NCBI GenBank assembly: GCA_964016885.1
Contig: OZ024757.1
Location: 11,408,001 to 11,472,000, forward strand
Source: Eledone cirrhosa
Lineage: Eukaryota
DNA: 64,000 nucleotides
Direction: 5' to 3'
A model generated the notes under the pieces. That model was not told the DNA's origin. It worked only from the letters and a program-made list of their open reading frames with translations, and searched no databases. Position 1 is the stretch's first letter; each line of letters opens with the position of its first letter. Of the stretch, positions 26,725 to 42,141 are shown piece by piece. Position numbers and translations under genes: made by a program.

Positions 26725-29504
26725 AGAGGGTCTTAACGTCTACCCGACAACCACTTCAACACCTATTGATCAGGTGAGCATGCCAGTCAGATGAGATAGT
26801 GACATTTGTAAACACACAATCCCCACCCCTGGGGAAGAATGCACCTCTCAACATAACCCATAGTTAGTGACTTCATAGACTTAGATTAACTTGAAGACTG
26901 AGGGCAACCTGGAGGAGAAGGATATGGAAGTTAAAGGACCCCTCAGCCAGTTCCAAATTTAGAGATATTTTGTTTGATCTTTACAACAGTAAGGAAGAAC
27001 AAATAGAAACATACACTATAGAGGAACAGTGGGAGTTCCTGAAATAAACTTTTCTGAAGGTGTCAAACTAGATCTGTGGTTGGAGCAGGGCTTCAGAGAG
27101 AAGGAGAGTAACTTGGTAGTGAAACACTAGGGTAGATGAGACAGTTAAGGCCAAGAGACAGGCATGGAATAATGGCAGAATGGGGGAAGCTGGAGGGTAC
27201 ACTACCAGGAAACTAGGCAAGAAGTATTCTTTGCAAGGAGGGAAGCAGAGAATATATAATTTCAGCTGGTTATATGATGTGAGGATGAAATACATGAGAT
27301 GTTCAGGATTGTGAGGCAATGTGTGAGGGAAAATTGTGATGTTGGGGTAAAGTGTGTCTAGGAAGATAATGGGGCACTTGCCCTCACTGATGCTGAATAG
27401 GGTCAGCTGAAAAGTTCATAGGCAGACCAAGATACTCTCATGAGGTTTATTTTTCAACATAGTCCCTGGAAGGAAACAATGCAGTTATAAATAAGAAGAG
27501 TTGAAATTAATGCAGACAAGATTTAACAGCTCTAGCATCATGCTATCATTGATAGTCTATGAACTAAGCAGTAGTGTAGTAAGGTAATTAAGGATATGAA
27601 GACAGAGAAAGTATCTTGTCCATTGGTGATAGTTGCTGAGATACTGAAAGTATCTGGGATGGTGCGTCACATCTTAACCACCGGTATCGTAAAGCAAGTA
27701 ATACAAAATGGTGTCATACCAAATCAATGATGTAGTATCATCATCATCAACTGCTACAAGGGAAAAGGAGATGTACTAGAGCTAGAAAACTATAGAGACA
27801 TTAGATGGACCACTTCATGAAGATGTTAGAGTTATAACACAGCTGATTAGGGACCAGGTTAACCTAGATGAGATGAAGGATTTGTGCCAGTAAAAGTACC
27901 ACTGATGTCCTCTTCCTTGTGTGGCAACTGCAAGAGCAGTACCTAGCTAAAATAAGCCCCTCTACTTGGCATTTGTTGACCCAGAGAGAGCTTCTGTGAG
28001 ACTTCCCCGTTCCATAATCTGGTGTGTAACTTAGAAAACTAGGGTATATGAGTGGCTTGTGAGAGCAGTAAAAGCCATGTATGGAGGAGCAGTCAGTAAG
28101 GTTAAAGGTAATGATAGCTATAGTGAGGAATTGAGTGAGCAAGTCTATCAGGACTCTCTTATTAACACTCTTCTGTTTATTATCATCCTGCAGGCTATTG
28201 CATAAGAGTTTAAGACTGGCTGTCCATGGGAACTCCTGTATGCACATGATTGAACCCTTGTAGCTTAATCTATGGTAAAATTAGAGGAGACATTCCAAAA
28301 CTGGAAGCATGGCCTAGAATGAAAATGTTTTAAAGTTAACTTGGCAAAATAGAAAGGAAAACAGGGTCTATATCCCCTCAAGAAAATGGCCTAGCTCAGT
28401 CTAAAGGAAAGGAGTAGGTAAAAATTCCAAACTATGGATAAACAAGAGATGTATTTGGATCTCAGTGAGGTTAGCAAAAGAATGTAAGTTGTGTATGTGC
28501 TTGATGCACAAGAGCAATAAGTAGCAAGAGCTCACAAAATAATAAGCTACTTTAACCCTTTAGCATTTACATTACTCTATATATACTATTGTATTTTTGT
28601 GGTAAAGGCTTTATCTTACATAATTATCTCACATAATATCGAATCTATGAGATTTTGATATTATTTATATTGAGAACAATACCTTAACGTCAGTATGAGT
28701 GGCCAGTTATGGCTGGTTTGAACAGAAAATATGAGCGTATTCTGGCTAGGTATGGTTGGTTTAAATGCTAAAGGGTTAAATGTCCAGAAGGCTCTGTAGA
28801 AACCGGTTCATAATTTCTATTAACTAGATGACCAAATTAACAGTGGAGGTAGGTGTTCTGAAGGTACAGTAGCCTGAGTGAGAATGGGATGGAAAAAGTT
28901 TAGGGAGCTATTACTACTGCTGCCTACAAAATGATTTCCCCTGAAAGTGAAAGGCAGATTGTATGAAGTCTGTGTACGAACAGCAATGTTATATTTAAGT
29001 GAGACCAGGGCAATATATTCAGAGGACCTATAAAGACTGGAAAGAAATGAAGTTTACAGGATCTGATAAATGTGTAATAGTGTGCATGAACAACAAGCAT
29101 TAATAAACTGAGAGAGAAACTAGGCATAAGAGAGGTTAGATGCAGTGTAGAGGAGAGGAGATTGTGGTGGTTTGGAAGATGACAGCTTGTGATGTATATG
29201 GAAGATGACAGCTGTATAAAAAGGTACATTGTTGTCAAAGTCGATGTTAACTATGAAAGAGCCAGGTCTAGGAAACTTGGGATGAAATAATAAAAGCTCA
29301 CCTTGCCCAATTAAACCTCTCAATGGAAATGTCACAGGATCGAGACCTCTGGCGTTATGCTGTACTGTAGAAGACCCCCCCACCCCACCCCTTCCCAAGT
29401 GCTGAAATTGAAATAAAACAATCATGTAGAGAACACACTAGTCTTTACCAATCTTCTCTTCACCCCTCCTCATTCATAAGACCCTTCCCTCACCTGCTAA
29501 ATAA

Positions 29505-29511
<7 letters not shown>
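26725..29511 (+). mobile_element. Dead RTE LINE, composite copy B
   Basis: APE tail, RT and C-terminal remnants collinear with the element at 42-45.7 kb; many stops and indels. Confidence 0.85.
28556..28775. mobile_element. piggyBac-like MITE (220 bp)
   Basis: TTAA-CCCTTTAGCATTT...AAATGCTAAAGGG-TTAA. Empty TTAA site in copy A at 18667-18670. Confidence 0.9.
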
Positions 29512-32280
<2,769 letters not shown>

Positions 32281-32477
32281 CTGAGATACCCTTCCTTTTA
32301 CCAGTCTAAGTTTATTGTCCACCAACATCAAAAATGTAACCATAACACTTCTACAGACTCCATTTCTTAAATATGTTTTTAACTGGAAACAAAATTCTTT
32401 GCATGTCTAACTTTTGTCTTCCTAAATTCATTTTTAATGATATAAATGTAAAATTTCTTTTTTTTCGGTAATACATA

Positions 32478-32710
32478 ACATTCCCTGTTGTATTGCATTA
32501 GTGAGAGACTCTCTATCACTTGAGGTAATGCTGTGTCTCAGAAATACTAGATGTCAACACCAACATTCCCTGTTGTATTGCATTAGTGAGAGACTCTCTA
32601 TCACCTGAGGTAATGCTGTGTCTCAGAAATACTAGAGGTCAACACCAACATTCCCTGTTGTATTTCATTAGTGGGAGACTCTCTATCACCTGAGGTAATG
32701 CTGTGACTCA
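32478..32710. repeat. 85-bp minisatellite in the ZNF 3' flank (related to the 95-bp unit)
   Basis: TTCCCTGTTG at 32481, 32566 and 32651. Confidence 0.85.
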
Positions 32711-32720
32711 GATGTGGAAA

Positions 32721-34634
32721 TGTGGAAAAACCAGTTGTATTATTTTATGAGATATAATTAAAGTTAAAGTATATCTCTCTTTCCAAACAATTGTTTCATT
32801 ATAAGTTTTCTACAAGTTGGGAGAATATTTCCAGTTCATGTAGAAGCCTAATATATATTCATGTAAGAATATATTTAGGTGGGCGTTTATAAATCATCAG
32901 TGGAAGCCCATTAAACTTTGATATAAGAAAGAAATTCTTACCGCAGTCAAAAATCGTGTCTGTTAAGTTGCTCCTTCTTGCATCTAATGACCGCCAAATT
33001 TGAAATTCCAGCAGTTTTTGACTGAGGAAGTATCATAGCGACACGAAGCGGGAAGGGGAGACAACTACGATCCACGAAAGCAGGAAAAAAATAATATACA
33101 CGCGTGTTAATTATTTTTTCGAAAACATTATCAATCCAACGTGTTAAGAACTCAAATGAAAATGAAAAAAATAAATATATGCGTGTATAAATTACACACG
33201 CATATAGATATTTTCTTAGGCTAAAATCAGAAGTTGTGCCCGAATAAGAACCGCATCTCACAACCGCAGTAAATACAGAAAGTTATGCTTTAAAGGGCAA
33301 ATGGGAATGTAAATCTCCGGCCGAATTAAGAGTAAAATATAAAACACACGCGGGTTAATCAGCTATTTCAAAACTAATATTAATTCCTCGTGTAAAGAAC
33401 TCAATTAATTAAAGAAAATAAGTGTATGCACGTAATTAAATACATAGGCTTATATATATTTTCTTAGGCTAAAAAACAGAGAAGTTACAACCAAAAAAAC
33501 CCACAACATTTCACAACAGCAATAAATACGGAAAGTCAAATTCATAAGGTACCTGGAAATAAACACCTCTGGCCAATCAAGAGTAAATATTTAATACAAT
33601 AACAGAGATAGTTTAAAGCTAAACTCTGACTGGTAACCATTTCACTCAACAAACATTAGGTTATATTTAAATATAAACCCAATTTAAGTGTTTGGGGTGC
33701 TAACAATATGTATAATGTGGAAAAACCAGTTGTATTATTTTATGAGATATAATTAAAGTTAAAGTATATCTCTCTTTCCAAACAATTGTTTCATTATAAG
33801 TTTTCTACAAGTTGGGAGAATATTTCCAGTTTATGTAGAAGCCTAATATACATTCATGTAAGAATATATTTAGGTGGGCGTTTATAAATCATCAGTGGAA
33901 GCCCATTAAACTTTGATATAAGAAAGAAATTCTTACAGCAGTCAAAAATCGTGTCTGTTAAGTTGCTCCTTCTCGCATCTAATGACCGCCAAATTTGAAA
34001 TTCCAGCAGCTTTTGACTGAGGAAGTATCATAGCGACACGAAGCGGGAAGGGGAGACAACTACGATCCACGAAAGGAGGAAAACAATAATATACACGCGG
34101 GTTAATTAGTTTTTTCGAAAACATTATCAATCCAACGTGTTAAGAACTCAATTGAAAATTAAAAAAATAAATATATGCGTGTATAAATTACACACGCATA
34201 TAGATATTTTCTTAGGCTAAAATCAGAAGTTGTACCCGAATAAGAACCGCATCTCACAACCGCAGTAAATACAGAAAGTTATGCTTTAAAGGGCAAATGG
34301 GAATGTAAATCTCCGGCCGAATTAAGAGTAAAATATAAAACACACGCGGGTTAATCAGCTATTTCAAAACTAATATTAATTCCTCGTGTAAAGAACTCAA
34401 TTAATTAAAGAAAATAAGTGTATGCATGTAATTAAATACATAGGCTTATATATATTTTCTTAGGCTAAAAAACAGAGAAGTTACAACCAACAAAAACCAC
34501 AACATTTCACAACAGCAATAAATACGGAAAGTCAAATTCATAAGGTACCTGGAAATAAACACCTCTGGCCAATCAAGAGTAAATATTAATACAATAACAG
34601 AGATAGTTTAAAGCTAAACTCTGACTGGTAACCA
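32721..34634. repeat. Near-identical ~995-bp tandem duplication, non-coding
   Basis: TGTGGAAAAACCAGTTGTATT at ~32721 and ~33716; both copies end CTGACTGGTAACCAT. Each contains an older ~250-bp internal repeat. Confidence 0.9.
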
Positions 34635-34641
34635 TAATAAT

Positions 34642-34715
34642 GCTGTGATATATATTTCAATGAGGACACTGGCCACACTGTTCTGTGTGCGAGTGTCGTG
34701 TCATCATCAGACAGC
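34642..34715 (-). ncRNA. Type I hammerhead ribozyme A1
   Basis: Minus strand: GCTGT-CTGATGA-long helix II-GAAA-TATATAT-C-ACAGC. Confidence 0.75.
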
Positions 34716-35927
34716 TTGTTACATAATAAGGTTGTTTCCGAGGCAATCCAAATTGAATCGACATCGGAACGGATGAAGTTCGTGCTTTTGGGTTTTTCAT
34801 CCGTTCCCTTGTGAGTACCAATTCACCCGCACCGGTCTGCGCAAGCGCATGTCCGAAGGAAGTTGACCATTAGCACCGCAGATTTCAACGAAATTCGCTG
34901 TCAGTGGCCCACCTATGCCCTGCCAAAGTTTACTGCTACTCTTCACTACTGTGGCAGTCAGCCGAAAGCCAGAGGGAATGGGAGGGTGTTAGTTTTTATA
35001 GGTCATAATACTACCTTTCACTAAGCGTTGACAGTAAGACTGACCATCAGCTCATAAGGGAAAATAAACTTAATTCTAGGTACTATGGTTTTACATTGTA
35101 AGTTAAGAGTGAGAGTTGGAAATAAAAATAAAAATTAAAAGTTAAAATCCTAAATCAAATATCAGAGATTATAAATTAAACAATTAAAAATTAAAAAATT
35201 CTAAATTCAAACATTTTTTTTCAAGTGATAATTCGGATTGAGTAAAAATATAGATTGAAGTGAGTAAATAATATGGAGAGAGATGTTTAAGTAATAAGTT
35301 CTGGGAGGGATTCTAGTGTTACAGTTACTCTATCCACATATTGAACGACAGTGCCGTACATTATAACGGAGGGCAAACTACATGGTTCAAGGCATTTGTC
35401 AATCTGTTACACTGTCATAATTTCCATCACATGGAACAGAATCAAAGAAAAACAGACATAAATTACACAAACGAAAAGAAAAGAACAGAACCAATAGTGA
35501 ATAAATGCAAAAAACAGAGTACATATATTTAAAATGAGCCATGTGATTGTCCATCTGTCCATGTATAGATTCAATTGAGGGGGCTTCTGTTCAAATGCGA
35601 TTTGGTGCAGGAAAATAGGGTTTATCTTATTTTTTGTTTCCGCGTATTTATCCTGCCGAAAATTACTATTACACCCGTCCAGTGTCAGGGGTTTTCATCC
35701 CCATGGTAGAGGGAATTTCCGGGGTAGCTCTTGGTTGGTTCCTCTCTTCTCCACCATATCGGTTACATCATAGAGCGCTCAACTAATCGGAGCTAAATTA
35801 TTAGGGTAAACATTGATGCAATTCAATTCAAGCACTCAACGTACTTTTTCCACATAGGAGTGACGGAGTAAATATCGAATAAGGAAAAGCGAAGTAGTTT
35901 CAGATGTTCAAGTCCTTTAATAATAAT

Positions 35928-36001
35928 GCTGTGATATATATTTCAGTGACGACACTGGCCACACTGTTCTGTTTGCGAGTGTTGTGTCATCATCAGACAG
36001 C
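35928..36001 (-). ncRNA. Type I hammerhead ribozyme A2
   Basis: Same motif, 1286 bp from A1. Confidence 0.75.
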
Positions 36002-36882
36002 TTGTTACATAATAAGGTTGTTTCCGAGGCAATCCAAATTGAATCGACATAGGAACGGATGAAGTTCGTGCTTTGGGGTTTTTCATCCGTTCCCTTGTGA
36101 GTACCAATTCACCCCCACCGGTCTGCGCAAGCGCATGTCCGAAGGAAGTTGACCATTAGCACCGCAGATTTCAACGACATTCGCTGTCAGTGGCCCACCT
36201 ATGCCCTGCCAAAGTTTACTGCTACCCATCACTACTGTGGCAGTCAGCAGAAAGCCAGAGGGGATGGGAGGGTGTTAGTTTTTATAGGACATAATACTAC
36301 CTTTCACTAAGCGTTGACAGTAAGACTGATTTACTCACTTCAATCTATATTTTTACTCAATCCGAATTATCACTTGAAAAACATTTTTGAATTTAGAATT
36401 TTTTAATTTTTAATTGTTTAATTTATAATCTCTGATATTTGATTTAGGATTTTAACTTTTAATTTTTATTTTTATTTCCAACTCTCACTCTTAACTTACA
36501 ATGTAAAAACCATAGTACCTAGAATTAAGTTTATTTTCCCTTATGAGTTGATGGTCAGTCTTACTGTCAACGCTTAGTGAAAGGTAGTATTATGACCTAT
36601 AAAAACTAACACCCTCCCATCCCCTCTGGCTTTCGGCTGACTGCCACAGTAGTGATGGGTAGCAGTAAACTTTGGCAGGGCAGAGGTGGGTCACTGACAG
36701 CGAATTTCGTTGAAATCTGCGGTGCTAATGGTCAACTTCCTTCGGACATGCGCTTGCGCAGACCGGTGCGGGTGAATTGGTACTCAGAAGGGAACGGATG
36801 AAAAACCCAAAAGCACGAACTTCATCCGTTCCGATGTCGATTCAATTTGGATTGCCTCGGAAACAACCTTATTATGTAACAA

Positions 36883-36956
36883 GCTGTCTGATGATGACAC
36901 GACACTCGCACACAGAACAGTGTGGCCAGTGTCGTCATTGAAATATATATCACAGC
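36883..36956 (+). ncRNA. Type I hammerhead ribozyme A3
   Basis: Helix I GCTGT(36883-87)/ACAGC(36952-56); CTGATGA 36888-94; helix II ACGACACT/AGTGTCGT plus CACAC/GTGTG; GAAA 36940-43; palindromic helix III ATATATAT; predicted AUC cleavage after 36951. Confidence 0.8.
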
Positions 36957-36971
36957 ATTATTATTAAAGGA

Positions 36972-37164
36972 ATATAGTAGGGCGGTGAATTGGCAGTATC
37001 GGTAGAGGCTCGGACGCCATGCTTTCCAGCATAATTACGTCCCTTTACGATCTGAGTTCAAATCCCGCCGAGGTTGACTTTGCCTTTCATCCTTACGGGG
37101 TCGATAAAATAAAGTACCAGTAATACACTGGGTAATTGCTGGCCTGGTGCCTAAAGTAGAAACA
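36972..37164 (+). mobile_element. tRNA-derived SINE
   Basis: TGGCAGTATCGG A box and GAGTTCAAATCC B box. TSD ATTATTATTAAAGGA. Empty site in the other arm at ~35912-35927. Confidence 0.9.
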
Positions 37165-37267
37165 ATTATTATTAAAGGAATTGAACATCTGAAACTACTT
37201 CGCTTTTCCTTATTCTATATATATATATAAAAGAAATAGGATTTCGCTTCAAGCATAACTTTATACA

Positions 37268-37594
37268 ATATGTATAAATATTTCGTATCTCCAAGGAAAT
37301 ACGGTTTTAGGAAGCCGTAGCTATGCAAACTCCAGGGGGCTAACGCCCTCTGGTGATGTCCAGCAGAAGCAAGGGGGACAACCGTCTATGCCTTTCAGGC
37401 TTAACTGGTGCGACTAAAGTCGCAAGCGGTGGGAGGGACGTCCTGACGGAGGCCAGTAATGCCTGAAAGGCATAGACGGTTGTCCCCTTTGCTTCTGCTG
37501 GACATCACCAGAGGGCGTTATTCCCCTGGTGTTTGCATAGCTACGGCTTCCTAAAACCGTATTTCCTTGGAGATACGAAATATTTTTACATATA
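37268..37594. mobile_element. Fold-back MITE with ~140-bp arms
   Basis: TATTTCGTATCTCCAAGGAAATACGG...CAGGC versus GCCTG...CCGTATTTCCTTGGAGATACGAAATA, with a ~45-bp spacer. Confidence 0.85.
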
Positions 37595-37602
37595 GATATA
37601 TA

Positions 37603-38953
37603 TCATAATCTATAAAGCTCAGTGTATGGACATGCTCCTTTGTTATAGAAATCTACGATATAGAATTTCTTCAATTGAAATTTACAATTCAGTATTCGAA
37701 ATAGCTTCGATTGCGACTTGGCACATCTAATTTTTTTAATTTCACCCACAATTACGCAAAAAATAGATAAAACTCAATATTTTACGATTTTTTTCTCTCA
37801 TTTAAAGTGCTAAACTCTATCCACTACCATTCAAAATCTATATAACTTCATACTTTCTCTTTCCAAGCTTGATGGTGATACTGTCCGTTTTACTCTCTCA
37901 TATCATCTTCTCACCTCTATCTACAACCCACACATTTTGCTACTTTCTCTTTTATACTTCAAACTTACTGATTTATTTACAAACGCATACAAACACACAC
38001 TCACTTCAAATGATAAAAAAAAACATTTAAAGCAATTAAACAACGTGCGTGATTTATAACCACACTAACTTTTAGTTGCTCAATTATTACATTTCATACG
38101 AAACGAGAATTATTCAAAAGCAACAGATACATTTATTCAACAACAAGCGATAAATCTTTTTTAAAACCTCTCAACGAACGTGGATTCTTACAGACTTCGA
38201 GTCGAGTCGGTTTGAAATTGTGCAAACGTATACACATGGAACATGTGCACACACACAACAACAACAACAATCTGCCTTTTATAGATAATGATAAACAATA
38301 ATATCCTCTATGAGGTCACTAAACCTGCTAGAAACAGCAGCTAACTCTCCCTCATACCACACCCCTCCCTATTGTCTTAAATTTAGAAAACATCTTCTAT
38401 GAGGTCTCTAAACCTGCTAGAAACAGCAGCTAACTCTCCCCCATATCACACCACTCCCTACTGTCTTAAATTTAGAAAACACACATCCTCTATGAGGTTA
38501 CTAAACCTGCTAGAAACAGCAGCTAACTCTCCCCCATATCACACCCCTCCCTACTGTCTTAAATTTAGAAAACATATCTTCTATGAGGTCACTAAATCTG
38601 CTAGAAACAGCAGCTAACTCTCCCCCATATCACATCACTCCCTACTGTCTTAAATTTAGAAAACACACAGAAAACCATGCAGAACAACTCCATCGCAGCT
38701 CTGTTGTTCGGCTGGCATCGTCTACGCGCGTGTTGCGCAAGTAGTGTGAAACAATAAATTTCAACACTTTTTTGCACAGAGATAATATCCAAAGGCGAAA
38801 CTACAATTGTCACTGCTGGCGCAGCTCCTGCTTCCAGGTCTGCAATTCATTCACCCAGTGCCTGGCAGACAAAAAAGTGCTGCCATAAAATGGGTGGTGC
38901 AACCTAACTTTGGTAACTTAATGACCCCGAGCAACGCCGGGCTTTAATGCTAG
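37603..38953 (+). mobile_element. Second non-autonomous Helitron family (5' boundary uncertain)
   Basis: 3' hairpin CCCGAGCAACGCCGGG, then CTAG (38950-53) followed by T. Candidate 5' end A|TCATAATCTATAAAG. Confidence 0.55.
38305..38665. repeat. ~91-bp minisatellite (4 copies)
   Basis: CTATGAGG at 38308, 38397, 38490 and 38581. A similar CCTG.TAGAAA.AGCAGC motif occurs singly at ~7347 and ~7548. Confidence 0.9.
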
Positions 38954-39329
38954 TATATAATATAAGAAACGATTACACACGAGAGAGTGTGTCTTTATCA
39001 ACGTACAGGCAATATATTTATATTTTAAATTATATTAGGGACTTTTAACCTATGACACCGGTCAAAAACCGGAAAGGGAAACATTGTCAACGACTTGCTA
39101 TCTTAATTATAACTTTAATTAATCTAATTATATTTTATATAGAAACGAAAACGTATCTAGCAACGAATATAATGAGAGAGGGTGAGGAACAGACAATATA
39201 TTCCCGTCTGAGCTGTGATTCAGCACCACCCTACAGACAAAATGACAACAGTGTTACCACAAAGAATAGCCAGAGACACCCACCTCATGGGTCTCCTTCC
39301 TCAAGTGGGCTGTTGTCTTTCTAATTTTG

Positions 39330-39945
39330 AGAAGGAAATCAGCAGTGTGGGGACAGAGAGGAAGTGGTTGGTTAGGCAGCACAGCAGAAATTGAGAGGAA
39401 GAGTGCTACTATTATTAACTGTTTCCAGTCGCAGGAAGGATTTATAGATGTGGTTAATAGCTTCTGCTATCTAGGTGACGTAATCAGCAGCAGAGGAGGG
39501 TGTACCAAGAGTATGATGGCTGGAATAAGGATAGGATGGAAGTTTAGTGAACTACTACTGCTGATAACATAAGGTTTCTCCCTACACACACAAGGAAGGG
39601 TATATAAAGCCTGTGTGAAGTGCACAATACTGCATGGTAGAGAAACATGGGCTGTGACTGCAGAGGATGCGATTAGGCTGGAGAAAAATGAGGCAACCAT
39701 GTTTTGTTGGATCTGCAACGTATATGTTAGAGAAATACAGAGCTTGGACAAGCTGAGGAAATCCTAGTGGAAGGAAGCTTCAGTAGAGGATGACCAAGAA
39801 AGTCAGGGGCAAATATTGTGAGAGCTTAACTCTAATCGTGAAGACTGGAAGAGGTGTTGAAGGAATGTATCTACTGGAGAGATGTCGTGCTAAGAAGGAC
39901 CCGTCCAACCCATGCAAGCATTGAAAAGTAGATTTAATGATGATA
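39330..39945 (+). mobile_element. RTE LINE 3' fragment
   Basis: DVVNSFCYLGDVISSRGGC...IRIGWKFSELL and an ATGATGAT tail. The upstream block is duplicated at 53590-53930. Confidence 0.75.
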
Positions 39946-39949
39946 CACA

Positions 39950-40084
39950 AAATATACACTATATATATATATATATACTCAGTATATAGTGTATGTGCTA
40001 GATATACACAATATATACACTATATATATATACATATAAATACTATGCATGTAGTGTATGTAGCACATATACGCAATATATACA

Positions 40085-40144
<60 letters not shown>

Positions 40145-41100
40145 ATATGTATATAGTGTACGTGCTACTTATACACAATATATACACTATATATATAGTG
40201 TTTATAGTGTATGTGCTACATATACACAAAATATACACTATATATATACATATAAATACTATGTATATAGTGTATGTGCTACATATACACAATATATACA
40301 CTATATATATATATATATAGTGTATATATATAGTGTATATAGTGTATATGCTACATATACACAATATATACACTATATATATATATATAATATGTATATA
40401 GTGTATGTGCTATATATACACAAAATATACACTATATATATACATATAATTACTATGTATATAGTGTATGTGCTACATATACACAATATATACACTATAT
40501 ATATATATATATAGTGTATATATAGTGTATATAGTGTATATGCTACATATACACAATATATACACTATATATATATATATAATATGTATATAGTGTATGT
40601 GCTATATATACACAAAATATACACTATATATATATACATATAAATACTATGTATATAGTGTATGTGCTACATATACACAATGTATACACTATATATATAT
40701 ATATATATAGTGTATATAGTGTATGTGCTATATATACACAATATATACACTATATATATATATATATAATATGTATATAGTGTATGTGCTATATATACAC
40801 TATATATATACATATAAATAATATGTATATAGTGTACCTGCTACATATACACAATATATACACTATATATATAAATACTATGTATATATACACTATATAT
40901 ATACATATAAATACTACGTATATAGTGAACGTGCTACATATACACAATATATACACTATATATATATAAATACTATGTATATAGTGTACGTGCTACATAT
41001 ACACAATATATACACTATATATAAATACTGCATATATAGAGTATATGCTACATATAGACAATATATAAACTATATATTTACTACATACACATTATATATA
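39950..41100. repeat. AT-rich quasi-palindromic satellite
   Basis: Recurring TATAGTGTATGTGCTACATATACACAATATATACACTATA separated by variable (TA)n. Confidence 0.9.
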
Positions 41101-42141
41101 ATGTTTTCCAAGGGAATAGCTGAAACAGCTTGGCACCAATGTCATCATAGATCATCATTTAATGTCTACTTTCTCTGCTAGGAAGGGTGGGACAGGTCTT
41201 TACAAACCAGGGTGCAGTGGGAGACCACATCTCTCTTACATATGGTCCCACATTCTACTGGGTGTATTCTATTGTCGCACCAGTACTAAAGAGGTTGTCA
41301 TATCTTTGACAGAACTGAAGAGTCCTACCAAACCTTTGTTTGGCAAGAGAAGAAATTTGTAAAGTATTTTCAAATGTGAATTATTTCTAAAAAAAAGTCA
41401 TAATTTCAACTGTCATGAAAGTACCATCAACAAATATTAAAGTTATAAAATTGTTTTTATTTACACATAAATGTGGATATTTTGTCATAAATATAAATAT
41501 AAACCATTTAGTGTTTGTAAAATAACACATATAAACACATCAATCTTGTTTTGTTTTTCTTGCACTGATGGAGTCATAGGGGTGTCACTGTGGACATTTG
41601 AAGCTTGGTGGAGCCCTTCACTCGCCAGGTTGGAACAGGTGATTTCTTCCAGAGAAGGAGAGAGAATGAGAGAGAGAGAGGAAGAACAGACCCCTGTGGT
41701 AGACTGGTACTTTTTTCTTATCAAACTTGAATGGACAAAAGACAAAGTTGACCTCAGCAGGATTTAAACCCAGAGCAGAGAACCAGAACAAATATGGCAG
41801 AAAGCATTCTATCTATTGTTTTATAGACTTCAAATAAATATTTCTACTTTTAACTCAACCCCAGTACATTACTGGTACTTTATTTTACTGAAAAAGAGTA
41901 AAGCTAACCTCAACAGGATTTTAATACAGAACGTAAAGGGATATAACTATATGATATCGTCTGACACCCTACTGATTCTGCCAATCCACCACCCTCAACA
42001 ATGAAATGAAGTGTCTCTATAAGAAACATTAATGACAAATAATATGAAGTAGAACTTTCTACAGGGTGTGTTTGTGGATTACAATACAAAACCTCTGAGA
42101 ATGATTTCTAACATATTTCACCATAATAAATGTTCATTAAT

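Larger units (their letters stand above)
34635..37215 (-). mobile_element. Hammerhead-bearing partial tandem (1286-bp monomer) with fold-back inversion; retrozyme / non-autonomous Penelope-like
   Basis: 34635-35043 is repeated at 35921-36329. 36330-37215 is the reverse complement of the monomer, interrupted by a SINE. One hammerhead per copy. Confidence 0.7.

Noticed and set aside
32947-33261. FPLRVAM resembling the Pif1/Helitron helicase motif QFPLRLA
   Set aside because: No following TINKSQG or other helicase motifs; likely chance.
36980-37075. tRNA gene
   Set aside because: A/B boxes are present, but there is no convincing cloverleaf; shared tail and TSDs indicate a SINE.
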